Below, piece by piece: positions 17,597 to 28,096 of a stretch of 64,000 nt of DNA. The stretch is taken from assembly GCA_963678315.1 (NCBI GenBank), contig OY782781.1, forward strand, positions 1 to 64,000. The letters are read 5' to 3'. Source of the DNA: Candidatus Cloacimonadales bacterium (GTDB lineage Bacteria; Cloacimonadota; Cloacimonadia; Cloacimonadales; JAFGVF01). Both the position numbers and the translations under genes were made by a program. The notes beneath the pieces were generated by a model. That model was not told the DNA's origin. It was given only the letters and a program-made list of their open reading frames with translations, and ran no database searches. Position 1 is the first letter of the stretch. Every line of letters begins with the position of its first letter.

Positions 17597-19600
17597 ATGA
17601 AATTATCTAAGCTTGTTTTGTTGTTAACAGTGCTTTTATTCTTGATGTTGATTGGCTGTAATAATGATGAAGATAATAATAACAATGCCACTTCAGGAGT
17701 TGATTTTGAAGATTTAGAAGTTGATGCAAACTTTAACTATAACACTTTAGATAACATAACTATAGCAATAAATGTTTATAATGGGGTTAATGAAGGGATA
17801 GCAAATATTCCTTTTAAAGTATATGATAAGGATCCTGCTGAAGGCGGTAAACTTATTGATTCAGGAGCTACAGACTCTAACGGTCTATACAATTCTCTTG
17901 TCTCAGTACCTACATATCTAACAAGCGTCTTTGTTATGGGATATATGTCATCTATAGAATTACCAATTTTAAATGAATCTGTAAACCATACCTTTGGACA
18001 ATCAACAAGTAAAGAAAGAGCCAATAAGACAGTGGTTAAACCTCCTAAGTCAGAACTAGTATACCTAACAGACTTCAACACTTCAGGTGTTCCACTTGAT
18101 ATGGATTTTGATGTTATATCACCAGAATTCTTAACTAAAGTAGATGCTACACTTCCTGAAAGAAGACCTGTACCTGACTATCATCCAGACTATTTAGCTG
18201 CGGGTAATCAAAAGAACGTATTTCTTGTTGAGCAAGCTGAGGAAGTATGGGTAACTTTTGTTCATGAAGGTGCTGGTTTCAAGAATTCATTAGGTTTTTA
18301 TACCTATAATGCTGATAATCCTCCAACAACAGTAGACGATATTGATACAATCAAGGTTATTTTCCCTAATGTTTCTATGAATGGTAGCGGCGGTGGATTA
18401 ACTCCTGGAGACAAAGTATCTTTAGGTACTTTTGATGCTAATACAGTTATAGCTTGGGTGCTCATGACTAATGGCTGGTATTCAAACGCTGCTCATATTA
18501 CAGAGAGAACTTGGTATTCTGACCCTCAACTAAGCTATACAGGACTACAACAAAGCATTCTTGTTTATGATGACGAGTATGAAAAATTCTTATTTGGCTT
18601 TGAAGATTTAGTTTTTGGTGATGGAGATGATGACTTCAATGATGCTATCTTCTATGCTTCAGCAAACCCTATTGAAGCAGTAAGTACAGAAGACGTTCCA
18701 CCAATTGATACTCCAGATGATGAAGATGGAGATGGAATTTCAGACATATTTGATGATTTCCCTCAAGATCCAGAACGTGCATTTGAAACTAATGATGATG
18801 AATATTCTACGCTAGCTTTTGAAGATTTATGGCCTCAAAAAGGTGATTATGACTTCAATGACTTAGTTATTGATTATAACTTCTTCTTCCATAAACACGC
18901 TAATGGAAGCATTAAGAATCTTATCTGTGAATTTGAACTAAAGGCAGTTGGTGCTACTAAACAAAATGGTTTTGCAGTTCAGTTCCCATTTAACTCTAAC
19001 AATATTGAGTACATAAATATCATAGATGGTAGTGATACTTTAACCTACTCTGAAGTAATATCACATCCTAATTTCAATCCGCTACTTGAAGATGGAGATA
19101 AAGCCGTAATTAACTTTGTTAATAATACTACAGATTTAATCACTCCAGTTGAAGGATCTTTCATCAATACTGAAGAAGGTGTAGCAAGTGTTGAACCTGT
19201 TAAGTTTGCTGTAGATATCAAATTCAGTAATCATGAGGACATTGATAACTGGGAATGGAATGTACCATTCAATCCATTTATAATGGTAGATAATGTACGT
19301 GGTCATGAAGTCCATCTTCCTGATTACCCTCCTACAGACCAAGTCTTAACTAATCTATTAGGCATGGATGATGATGATTCTAATGATAATCAAAACAGAT
19401 ACTACAAAACTGTTAACAACCATCCATGGGCATTGAACGTAGCTGAAAGCTGGTCTCACCCTTATGAGAAGAGTGATGTAGCTAAAGCTTACTTGAAGTT
19501 TAAGAACTGGGCTGAATCAGCTGGTTCTTCTTACGCTGATTGGTATCTTGATATTGTTGGTTATCGTAATGAAGACAAAATTTATGATATGAATGAATAA
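17597..19600 (+). CDS. LruC-domain lipoprotein, paralog B
   Basis: Lipobox LIGC; same motifs as paralog A; C-terminal half nearly identical to A. Confidence 0.8.
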   Translation: MKLSKLVLLLTVLLFLMLIGCNNDEDNNNNATSGVDFEDLEVDANFNYNTLDNITIAINVYNGVNEGIANIPFKVYDKDPAEGGKLIDSGATDSNGLYNSLVSVPTYLTSVFVMGYMSSIELPILNESVNHTFGQSTSKERANKTVVKPPKSELVYLTDFNTSGVPLDMDFDVISPEFLTKVDATLPERRPVPDYHPDYLAAGNQKNVFLVEQAEEVWVTFVHEGAGFKNSLGFYTYNADNPPTTVDDIDTIKVIFPNVSMNGSGGGLTPGDKVSLGTFDANTVIAWVLMTNGWYSNAAHITERTWYSDPQLSYTGLQQSILVYDDEYEKFLFGFEDLVFGDGDDDFNDAIFYASANPIEAVSTEDVPPIDTPDDEDGDGISDIFDDFPQDPERAFETNDDEYSTLAFEDLWPQKGDYDFNDLVIDYNFFFHKHANGSIKNLICEFELKAVGATKQNGFAVQFPFNSNNIEYINIIDGSDTLTYSEVISHPNFNPLLEDGDKAVINFVNNTTDLITPVEGSFINTEEGVASVEPVKFAVDIKFSNHEDIDNWEWNVPFNPFIMVDNVRGHEVHLPDYPPTDQVLTNLLGMDDDDSNDNQNRYYKTVNNHPWALNVAESWSHPYEKSDVAKAYLKFKNWAESAGSSYADWYLDIVGYRNEDKIYDMNE

Positions 19601-19622
19601 ACTTTAAAATTACAATTTATAG

Positions 19623-19648
19623 AGACCTTCCAAGTGGAGGTCTTTTTT
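19623..19648 (+). terminator. Intrinsic terminator
   Basis: agaccttc-caagt-ggaggtct followed by a T-tract. Confidence 0.7.
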
Positions 19649-19798
19649 ATTATCATTATTTTTTTCTTGACACTAAACAATGTTAACATAGAATTTAATT
19701 TAACTAGGGAATAAACAACTTTAGTTGAAGTTAATTCTTTAACTATTTTTACAAAGCCTAGCTATGTGTTTGGATTAAAATCGTGAAGGTTTAAAATT

Positions 19799-21838
19799 AT
19801 GCCAAAATATTTAAATAGAGAGCTTAGCTGGTTATCATTCAATGAGCGAGTTCTGCAAGAGGCTGAGAACCCAGATAATCCATTGTTGGAAAGACTTAAA
19901 TTTTTAGGTATCTTCTCATCAAATTTAGATGAATTCTTTAGTGTAAGAGTTGGAACTCTACAGGGTATTGTTAACGCTAATAAAGTTAATTCTAAAATTG
20001 TATCTGATGCTAAGAATATTAAGAATAAAATTAATAAAGAAGCACTCAGGCTAAGGGATAAGTTTGAAAGAACTTTTACTTCAGTTAAAGAAGAGCTTGA
20101 AGAGAATAACATCTCAATTATTAATCATGAGGATATCACTGAAAAGCATAAGTCTCAGATTGACAAGTTTTATAGAAAAAAACTTAGACCTCGTTTGATC
20201 CCTATCATGCTAAATGATGAAACTCCTTTCCCCTACCTACAAAATGCTCAAATTTATTTAGCATGTATACTAGAAAATTCTACTAATAAGGCTTTTAGAA
20301 AATATGCTGTAATTCAGATTCCTGTAGATATTATGTCTAGATTTTTGAAACTAAAAGATATCGATAATCATAGTTATATAATTATGATTGATGATATTAT
20401 CAGACTTCACCTAAAAGATATTTTTTCTATTTTTGATGCTGACATCTTTAACGCTTATACTATTAAACTTACTCGTAATGCTGAAATAAATCTAAATAAA
20501 GATGTTACAGTTAGCTTTTTTGAACAGCTATCAGAATCTATTGAACAGAGAGATTATGGAAAACCTGTAAGATTTGTTTATGATAAACTAATCCCTCAGC
20601 ATTTCTTAGATTATTTATTGGACAAGTTAGAACTCAAAGGATTTCAACATATTATTCCAGGTGGTGTATATCATAATGCCCGGGACTTCATGGCATTCCC
20701 AAAGATTAAGCAAGATGAATTATATTATGAGGATTTAAATTCACTTGATCATCCGGTTTTAATCGACAAAAGATCCATTTTTGAAGAGATAGCAAACAAA
20801 GATATTCTTTTGCAATTCCCTTACCACAGTTTTGATCCCATAGTTGATTTACTTAGAGAAGCTGCCATTGATCACAAAGTTACTGATATCAAAATGACCT
20901 TATACAGGGTTGCAAAGCGTTCAAATATAGTAAATGCATTAATTAACGCAGCTAAAAATGGGAAAAAAGTTTCAGTCCTTCTTGAGATACAAGCTAGATT
21001 TGATGAAAAAGCAAACTTATACTGGACTGAACAGTTAAAGAGAGAAGGTGTAAATATAATCAGTGGATTTCCAGAAATGAAAGTTCATTCAAAGTTGCTT
21101 ATGATTTCTAGAATTGAAGACAATATTAGGACTAATTATGCTGTTATTGGTACTGGTAATTACAATGAATCAACTGCTAAATTATATGTTGACCATGCTC
21201 TTTTAACCAAAGATCAAAGGATTACTAAAGATGTAAATACCCTTTTTCAATATCTTGAATTAAATTACATGGTTAAATCTAAATACAGGCATATACTAGT
21301 AGCTCCTATATTTTTACGTAAAAAACTTAATAAGCTAATCAAAAATGAAATGAAAAATGCTTTACTAGGCAAACCAGCATTTATCTACTTAAAACTTAAC
21401 AATCTAGTTGATAAAAAAGTCATTGATTTGCTTTATAAAGCAGCAGAAGCTGGCGTTAAAATCAAGCTGATAGTAAGAGGAATATGTTGTTTGATTCCTG
21501 ATTACAAAGATTTCAAAGAATCTATTGAGGTTGTCAGTATCATAGATAAATACTTAGAACATAGTAGAATTTATGTATTTTGTAATGATGATGACAACAA
21601 GTTTTTCATATCTTCTGCAGATATAATGCCTCGTAATTTAGATAGGCGCATAGAAGTAGCTTGTCCTATCTATGATGATAGCATAAAGCAAGAGGTATGG
21701 GAATTTTTGCAGATTCAATTCAATGATAATGTTAAAGCTAGAATAATTGACAAAGAACATTTAAATACTTTTAAATCAAATAATCTTGATCAAGTAAGAT
21801 CGCAAGATGACTTTTTTAAGCATCTAGAAGGAAATTAA
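19799..21838 (+). CDS. ppk1: Polyphosphate kinase 1
   Basis: NRELSWLSFNERVL, SSNLDEFF, MTLYRVA, ARFDE, KVHSK, GTGNYNE, LEHSR, SSADIMPRNLDRRIE. Confidence 0.97.
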   Translation: MPKYLNRELSWLSFNERVLQEAENPDNPLLERLKFLGIFSSNLDEFFSVRVGTLQGIVNANKVNSKIVSDAKNIKNKINKEALRLRDKFERTFTSVKEELEENNISIINHEDITEKHKSQIDKFYRKKLRPRLIPIMLNDETPFPYLQNAQIYLACILENSTNKAFRKYAVIQIPVDIMSRFLKLKDIDNHSYIIMIDDIIRLHLKDIFSIFDADIFNAYTIKLTRNAEINLNKDVTVSFFEQLSESIEQRDYGKPVRFVYDKLIPQHFLDYLLDKLELKGFQHIIPGGVYHNARDFMAFPKIKQDELYYEDLNSLDHPVLIDKRSIFEEIANKDILLQFPYHSFDPIVDLLREAAIDHKVTDIKMTLYRVAKRSNIVNALINAAKNGKKVSVLLEIQARFDEKANLYWTEQLKREGVNIISGFPEMKVHSKLLMISRIEDNIRTNYAVIGTGNYNESTAKLYVDHALLTKDQRITKDVNTLFQYLELNYMVKSKYRHILVAPIFLRKKLNKLIKNEMKNALLGKPAFIYLKLNNLVDKKVIDLLYKAAEAGVKIKLIVRGICCLIPDYKDFKESIEVVSIIDKYLEHSRIYVFCNDDDNKFFISSADIMPRNLDRRIEVACPIYDDSIKQEVWEFLQIQFNDNVKARIIDKEHLNTFKSNNLDQVRSQDDFFKHLEGN

Positions 21839-21841
21839 TAT

Positions 21842-22288
21842 ATGAAAAAGTGCTGGAATTATAATCAAGTTGGAGTTTTGCCTTTCAGAATAAAAGATAA
21901 TAAGATTGAGGTTTTATTGATAACTTCTCGTAATAAAAAGAAATGGATTATCCCTAAAGGTCTGTGTGATCAGATTAACAATCCGATTCTTTCTGCCAGT
22001 CAAGAAGCATTGGAAGAGGCTGGAGTTAAGGGTGTTATCTATGAAAACCCTACATCTCAATACACAAATAATAAATGGGATGGAACAGCAACAGTAACCG
22101 TTTTTCTAATGAAAGTTAATTCTGAAATTAAAAATTATAAAGAAAAAGATGAAAGAAAGAAGAAATGGTTCTCGATAAAAAAGGCTTATGAAGTAATTGA
22201 GAATGAAGAGTTAAAGGATCTAATCAAAAGCTCCAAACCTGTTATAAAAACGATACTTAAATGGGAAAGTGACTTCGGTAATAACTAA
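21842..22288 (+). CDS. Nudix hydrolase, DIPP/Ap6A-hydrolase-like
   Basis: EVLLITSR..KWIIPKG...SASQEALEEAGVKG Nudix box with the LLITSR/WIIPKG signature. Confidence 0.8.
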   Translation: MKKCWNYNQVGVLPFRIKDNKIEVLLITSRNKKKWIIPKGLCDQINNPILSASQEALEEAGVKGVIYENPTSQYTNNKWDGTATVTVFLMKVNSEIKNYKEKDERKKKWFSIKKAYEVIENEELKDLIKSSKPVIKTILKWESDFGNN

Positions 22289-22439
22289 GACCAAGCATCT
22301 ATATGTACACAGCAATTATTCGCTTGCAATCATAGCTAACCAAGAAAGTATAGAATCTTGTTAGATGCTGACTGGATCTATTATCATAATAATACTAGCT
22401 AGTATCAAATACACAGTTTTTACCTTTGTCATAGGCCTC

Positions 22440-22490
22440 CCTTACTTGCCCCTTTGAAAAAAAGCCGATTTTTCAATGAGGCAAGTAAGG
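22440..22490. repeat. Nested hairpin repeat, TTGAAAAA family
   Basis: ccttacttgcc...ttgaaaaaaagccgatttttcaa...ggcaagtaagg. Confidence 0.7.
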
Positions 22491-22666
22491 AAGAAGTTAG
22501 GAATGCTGATAATTCACTTAGAACGCTCAGCTGCTAGCTGGCAAATAACTAAAAAAACAAACGAAAATATTCTTTTTATGCAATTTAATGTTTAGATTGA
22601 TTGACAGACTTAGAATATTATTAGTAATTAGTGAAAGAAATTATTTAAAATTAATAGGAAAAAAAT

Positions 22667-23287
22667 ATGCAAGAATTGTTTGAAATTATTAAGACTAGTT
22701 CAGCAGATGGTATTACCCAATCTCCTTTACAGATTCTGGTTAATTTGAGTGCTGCATTTCTCTTAGGATTAATCTACTCATATGTTTATAGGATAACCTA
22801 TATATATACATCTAATGGTTCAAAGAAAAAGAATATTGATGACATAATGCAAGAAAAAAAGTCCATACAATACACATTGCTACTATTATCAGTTGGTGGT
22901 GCATTTATTTGGATTGTTGTTGCTGATAATTTAGTGAGAGCATTCGGGCTTGCTGGAGCTTTGAGTTTGATAAGATTTAGGACTTCAGTAAAAGACCCAA
23001 TGAATACAATTAAAGTATTTTACGCTATCATCATAGGAATGTCTTGTGGATTAAGCCAATACTACACTGCTTTAATTGGTACAGGTTTCATGTGCTTCAT
23101 TCTTTCAGTCATTTACTTTATCAAACTTCCAGAGCAAAGAAAGATTTTAGAAGAATTAAGAATCAAAAAAGAAGCTAAAGAAGAAAGAGAAAGACTTTTA
23201 TTAACAGAAAGCCAGAAACTAAATCAAAATTCTTCAAACTCACAAGTTCTTTTAGACAATGGAAGTGTAAATAACAATGAAAAATAG
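22667..23287 (+). CDS. DUF4956 family membrane protein
   Basis: NLVRAFGLAGALSLIRFRTSVKDP signature; several transmembrane segments. Confidence 0.8.
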   Translation: MQELFEIIKTSSADGITQSPLQILVNLSAAFLLGLIYSYVYRITYIYTSNGSKKKNIDDIMQEKKSIQYTLLLLSVGGAFIWIVVADNLVRAFGLAGALSLIRFRTSVKDPMNTIKVFYAIIIGMSCGLSQYYTALIGTGFMCFILSVIYFIKLPEQRKILEELRIKKEAKEERERLLLTESQKLNQNSSNSQVLLDNGSVNNNEK

Positions 23288-24581
23288 CCTTTTTATTTTA
23301 TTCCTATTAGTGACTTCTTCATTACTATCTCAAGATTTAGAGACATTGTATTTAGAGCAAGCTACTCAGCATTCAGATTATATTAAGGCAGAATATGAAC
23401 TTAAACAGGTTATAGCAAAGAAGCTGTTAGACGATACAGATAAATATGGTAGCCTAGATTTTAGCTTTGATTACTATGATAACGAAATTGATCGAGAAGA
23501 GACTAAAGAATCACTTGAAATAACAGATATAAATGAGCTTGATAAGAAGTTAAAGCTTGAATATAGGAAACAGTTCTTTCCTTCTGATTTTGACAGTTCA
23601 ATAGATGATTTCGAGAATAAATTAGATCTTATGCTAGCTAGATACAACCTGGCTAAAGCAAAATTGAGAAGTCTTGAACAAGTGATTGATGATTCAAATG
23701 ATGCAATTGCAGGGAAATATGCTCTTATATTTAATCAAAAGAAAAAAAATATAATTGATTTTGAGCAAGAGTCTATCGAGATGCTTGAGAGTAACAATAT
23801 TATTGAAGTTGATGATTTAATCTCATTATACGATGATTTGCTAGACCTTCAAAAAGACATGACATCAGATAAGATTGATTTACTTCAAGTGCAAAGTATA
23901 TATGATAAAGATTTTCTTGATAATATATTTGTACTATTTGAGAAACAAAATTATTCAGATATTGAAACTGAAGAAAATATGGAATCAGAACTTGCTTTTA
24001 AAAATTCTATAATGGACCTTTCTTCTTCTTTGACTATGATGAAAGCTAAAAGTGTCTTGCCGGAAATAAACCTTCAACTATCATACAATTACCGTAAGAC
24101 TAATCAAGATTGGTTAATCACAGAGAATTTAGTATCTGAATCCTTTGATAGAGTTCAAGAAGAATATTACCCTGAAGTTAGTTTATCCTTGTCTCTGCCT
24201 TTGAATATCTATTCCAATATCTCAGGTAAGTTCAAGTTAATTAGTTCTTATAAACAACAATTGTTACACGAGGAACAAGACCTTCAAGAATGGTTTGATT
24301 CCTTCTTAATCAAATATAGAAAAGAGTACATTAATTCCTCAAAAGAAATTACTTACTTAGAGAAAATTAATGCACTATATCAAAAGAAAATGAATAACTA
24401 CTTAAAAAGAAATGATGAATTATCTGAATCCTTAAATCCTCAGTTGCAGTATGAATTAAACAAAATTAAATTTGAGCTTGATGTATCTAATTATAAGCTA
24501 CAAATGAAGAAGTTAGCAAGATATCAAGCACTTATAATACTAAATAAATATAATAAAGAAATAGAGAAGTTGAATGAGTAA
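23277..24581 (+). CDS. Divergent TolC-like outer membrane efflux protein
   Basis: Signal peptide, long helices, LPEINLQLSYNY and VSLSLSLPL beta-strand motifs; adjacent to a HlyD-family gene. Confidence 0.55.
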   Translation: MKNSLFILFLLVTSSLLSQDLETLYLEQATQHSDYIKAEYELKQVIAKKLLDDTDKYGSLDFSFDYYDNEIDREETKESLEITDINELDKKLKLEYRKQFFPSDFDSSIDDFENKLDLMLARYNLAKAKLRSLEQVIDDSNDAIAGKYALIFNQKKKNIIDFEQESIEMLESNNIIEVDDLISLYDDLLDLQKDMTSDKIDLLQVQSIYDKDFLDNIFVLFEKQNYSDIETEENMESELAFKNSIMDLSSSLTMMKAKSVLPEINLQLSYNYRKTNQDWLITENLVSESFDRVQEEYYPEVSLSLSLPLNIYSNISGKFKLISSYKQQLLHEEQDLQEWFDSFLIKYRKEYINSSKEITYLEKINALYQKKMNNYLKRNDELSESLNPQLQYELNKIKFELDVSNYKLQMKKLARYQALIILNKYNKEIEKLNE

Positions 24582-25680
24582 AAGTAATAAAGTAATCCTT
24601 ATAATGATAACTACAATTGTTTTTATCGCTGCTACAATTGTTGTATCATTTATCATTGAATCAAAGTCACAAAAGCTTCCAGCAGTAGTAAAGACAGCTA
24701 CGATATCATTAAGAACTCAAGTAGCAGGTTCATTTTTATCATATCATGTTGCACCTAATAGTAAGGTAAAAAAAGGTCAGTTAATAGCTAGCTTACAAAA
24801 TGAGCAACTACAATTAAAACTCAGTTCACTTGAAAGTGAAAAGGAAAACCTACTTACCATTCTTGAATCTTATGAAGATGGAGCACATTTAGACCTTGAA
24901 CTTAATAAAATTGAAAAAGATATTATAGAAGAGAATAATTCACTTCTAGAACTTCAAGAAGATTTAACTACCGTTAATATTGAGATTATCGAATATGAAA
25001 AGAATTTGACAGTCCTAGAAAGACACTTCAATTCCTATAAAACTCTTATTGAACAAAACCTTATTTCAAATGAAGAGTTTGCTAAAGTAAGTGAAGATTA
25101 CTTCAAAGTAGTTACAGATTACAAATCTAATAAAGCAAAAGCTATTTCTTTAGAGAATAGAATTGAGTCTTCAACTTCCTTAATAGCTAATCTTAACGAC
25201 AAAAAGCAGCTTGTTAGAAAGAATAATACTCTGCTTAATTCTAAATATCAAGGCGACTTAGATAAAATCAATTCTGAGTTAGCTGAGCTTAAAGCCGAAA
25301 TTGCAGAATTAGAGATTTATTCTCCTATTGATGGCTACCTTACTGATGTATCCTTAATGGGTGGTGAATTAGTTGAAAAAGGCGATGAGATTGCTGAAGT
25401 TTCAGACTTGAAAAGAGTGTGGATAATGGCTTATGGAAATTCTGTTACTTCCAAAAAGATGCCAGTTGGAAATCAAGTAGTAATTTATGCTGCTAAAAAT
25501 AAAGAACTAACAGGCAAAGTATTTAGTGTTTCTCCTATCATGGATAAAGTAAAATCTTTAAGCTCTTCATTCGAGACTGTTAACACCTATACTAAGATTG
25601 AAATTAAACTTGATGACTTAGATGAAGCTCTAAAATACATAACCCCTGGTGAAAGACTATTTGTTAGAGTTTCTTATTAA
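24574..25680 (+). CDS. HlyD-family membrane fusion protein
   Basis: N-terminal anchor, VKKGQLIA lipoyl half, long coiled coil, IYSPIDG..GELVEKG. Confidence 0.85.
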   Translation: MSKSNKVILIMITTIVFIAATIVVSFIIESKSQKLPAVVKTATISLRTQVAGSFLSYHVAPNSKVKKGQLIASLQNEQLQLKLSSLESEKENLLTILESYEDGAHLDLELNKIEKDIIEENNSLLELQEDLTTVNIEIIEYEKNLTVLERHFNSYKTLIEQNLISNEEFAKVSEDYFKVVTDYKSNKAKAISLENRIESSTSLIANLNDKKQLVRKNNTLLNSKYQGDLDKINSELAELKAEIAELEIYSPIDGYLTDVSLMGGELVEKGDEIAEVSDLKRVWIMAYGNSVTSKKMPVGNQVVIYAAKNKELTGKVFSVSPIMDKVKSLSSSFETVNTYTKIEIKLDDLDEALKYITPGERLFVRVSY

Positions 25681-25724
25681 CTGGAAATTTTGACCTTTAA
25701 TGTGACTTAATGGAGATATAAAGA

Positions 25725-26846
25725 ATGAGTAAGCTGATTGGTGTCTTAACTTCTGGAGGTGATACTCCTGGATTAAACGCTGCTTTAAGAGGATTAGGAA
25801 AAGCTGCTTCCGGACTTTATGGCTTTGATATAATTGGATATAAAGATGGTTTTAGAGGTTTAGTGCAGGATCGCTTTATCAGACTTGATAGAGCATTACT
25901 ATCTAATATTTTGACTGTCGGAGGAACCATACTCGGAACAAGTAGAGATAAGCCTCACAGAATGATGGTCGGAGATAAAGAAATGGATATGCGTAATGCA
26001 ATTGTGGATACATATAACAAACACCATCTTGAATGCTTAGTTTGTTTAGGTGGAGGTGGCACCCAAAAGAATGCTTTGAAGCTTAAAGAGATGGGTTTAA
26101 ATGTTTTGACCCTCCCTAAAACAATTGATAATGATGTTGCATGTACAGATGTTACTTTCGGCTATGACACAGCTTTAGGTATTGCAACAGAAGCTATCGA
26201 TAGACTACATTCAACTGCTCACTCCCACCATAGAATCATCATTGTAGAAACTATGGGACATAGAGTCGGTTGGTTGGCACTTGGAGCGGGTATTGCCGGC
26301 GGAGCAGATGTTATTCTTTTACCTGAGATTCCATATAGTGTTGATTCTGTAGCTAATGCTATTAAAAGACGTATACAACTAGGCAAAACATTTAGCATTG
26401 TCGCTATTGCTGAAGGATCTTATTCTTTGAAAGAGAAAGTAAAGATAGATAAAATCAATAAGAAACGTAAAGATGATGCTACTAAAGAAGAGAATAGAGA
26501 ACTAAATAGGCTTATAGAAGAGGTTAAAGCAAACAAAATGACAACCCTTGAACTTGCGCAACAACTAGAAAAGTTAACAGGCTTAGAATCAAGAGTTACC
26601 ATACTTGGTCATCTCCAAAGAGGAGGTACTCCATCTGCTGCAGATAGACTCCTAGCTACTAGGCTTGGAACATTCTGTGCTGATGCAATCGCCAACAGGC
26701 AATTCGGCAACATGGTTGCAATCAATAAAGATAATGTTGATTTAATTCCATTAGAAGAGGTAGCAGGCAAGAAGAAATTTGTTCCAATTGATCATCCACT
26801 AATTAGGTCTGCAAGGGCTTTAGGTACTTGCTTCGGAGATGATTAA
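25725..26846 (+). CDS. pfkA: 6-phosphofructokinase (PfkA family)
   Basis: [41 protein letters not shown]. Confidence 0.92.
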   Translation: MSKLIGVLTSGGDTPGLNAALRGLGKAASGLYGFDIIGYKDGFRGLVQDRFIRLDRALLSNILTVGGTILGTSRDKPHRMMVGDKEMDMRNAIVDTYNKHHLECLVCLGGGGTQKNALKLKEMGLNVLTLPKTIDNDVACTDVTFGYDTALGIATEAIDRLHSTAHSHHRIIIVETMGHRVGWLALGAGIAGGADVILLPEIPYSVDSVANAIKRRIQLGKTFSIVAIAEGSYSLKEKVKIDKINKKRKDDATKEENRELNRLIEEVKANKMTTLELAQQLEKLTGLESRVTILGHLQRGGTPSAADRLLATRLGTFCADAIANRQFGNMVAINKDNVDLIPLEEVAGKKKFVPIDHPLIRSARALGTCFGDD

Positions 26847-26852
26847 TTCTCT

Positions 26853-27605
26853 ATGAATAAAGCCATTATAGCCCTTGGGATAATTGGAATATTGCTTATT
26901 CCCTATATATGGCTATTCTTTATGCTGAGAAAGCTCTTTGCAAAGAACACTTATACTCTTGAGACTTCCACAATCAACAATGATATATCTGTCATAAAGG
27001 ATAACATTACTAATATCTACTTAGTTAAAATTGATGATGGTTATATTGCTATTGACATTGGGCAGAATATAAAAGTAGTTAAAGAAGAATTATCAAGCTT
27101 GAACATTAAGATTGAAGAGATTAAATATATCTTGCTTACACACTCTGATGTAGACCATGTTGGAGCTATTTCAGCCTTTCCTCATGCAGAGGTCTTTCTT
27201 GCAAAAGAAGAGGATAAACTGGCTAGGTCAAGAGCATTTAGAAGAGTCAGTAAATATAAAATCCCTGTTCTTAACAAGGTTAAACACACTTATAAATTAA
27301 TTGAAGATAAGCAACTTTTACAGCTATCAAATAGGGATGTAAGATGTATTTTAACACCAGGTCATACTCCTGGTAGTATGAGCTATTTAATAGATAGTAA
27401 ATGGTTGTTCACTGGTGATTTAATTGCCCTTTTTGATAATAAGGCTAAATCATTTCTAAGCTTCTTCACAATGAATCCAGAACAGAATAAACAAAGTATT
27501 AAGAAGTTAGCAAATAGTATGCTAGAACAAGCAATTGAGTATGTTTTCACTGCTCATTTTGGTTACTCAAGAGATTTCACATTCACATTCAAAGAGTGGC
27601 TATAA
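26853..27605 (+). CDS. MBL-fold metallo-hydrolase with N-terminal membrane anchor
   Basis: THSDVDHVG, TPGHTPGS, FTGD, TAH. Confidence 0.85.
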   Translation: MNKAIIALGIIGILLIPYIWLFFMLRKLFAKNTYTLETSTINNDISVIKDNITNIYLVKIDDGYIAIDIGQNIKVVKEELSSLNIKIEEIKYILLTHSDVDHVGAISAFPHAEVFLAKEEDKLARSRAFRRVSKYKIPVLNKVKHTYKLIEDKQLLQLSNRDVRCILTPGHTPGSMSYLIDSKWLFTGDLIALFDNKAKSFLSFFTMNPEQNKQSIKKLANSMLEQAIEYVFTAHFGYSRDFTFTFKEWL

Positions 27606-27635
27606 ACACAAGAACTAATAGTTAAGGAGTTAATA

Positions 27636-28007
27636 ATGAATTTAGGTGCCTTTTCAATGAGCTTAAGCGTTAAAGATTTACAAGTTTCTATTGATTTCTA
27701 TGAGAAGCTAGGTTTTACTGTATTTGGTGGAGATATTAAGCACAAGTATGTAATCATGAAGAATGGAAATGCATTAGTAGGGCTTTTCCAAGGAATGTTT
27801 GAAGGTAATATTCTTACTTTTAATCCGGGATGGGATGAGAATGCTCAGAACGTTGAAGACTTTAACGATATCAGAGAGATTCAAAGCGACTTAAAGGATA
27901 AGGGAATTACACTTCTTAACGAAGCTTTTGAAGAATCAGAGGGACCTGCAAGTTTCATGCTTAAAGATCCTGATGGTAACGTGATTTATGTTGACCAACA
28001 TAGGTAG
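27636..28007 (+). CDS. VOC/glyoxalase family protein
   Basis: LSVKDLQVSIDFYEKLGF...DPDGNVIYVDQH. Confidence 0.85.
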   Translation: MNLGAFSMSLSVKDLQVSIDFYEKLGFTVFGGDIKHKYVIMKNGNALVGLFQGMFEGNILTFNPGWDENAQNVEDFNDIREIQSDLKDKGITLLNEAFEESEGPASFMLKDPDGNVIYVDQHR

Positions 28008-28060
28008 CATTTAGTTAAAATCAGCATTGCAATCTTATTAAAACTATCTTTCAAACAAAA

Positions 28061-28087
28061 GGAGCCCTATCAATTAGGGCTCTCTTT
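28061..28087. terminator. Bidirectional terminator
   Basis: aaaa-ggagccct-atcaatt-agggctct-cttt between convergent genes. Confidence 0.65.
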
Positions 28088-28096
28088 ATATATATA

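Noticed and set aside
15329..19600. Diversity-generating retroelement (TR/VR) explanation for the LruC repeats
   Set aside because: There is no reverse transcriptase, both copies are full genes, and the differences are not adenine-specific.
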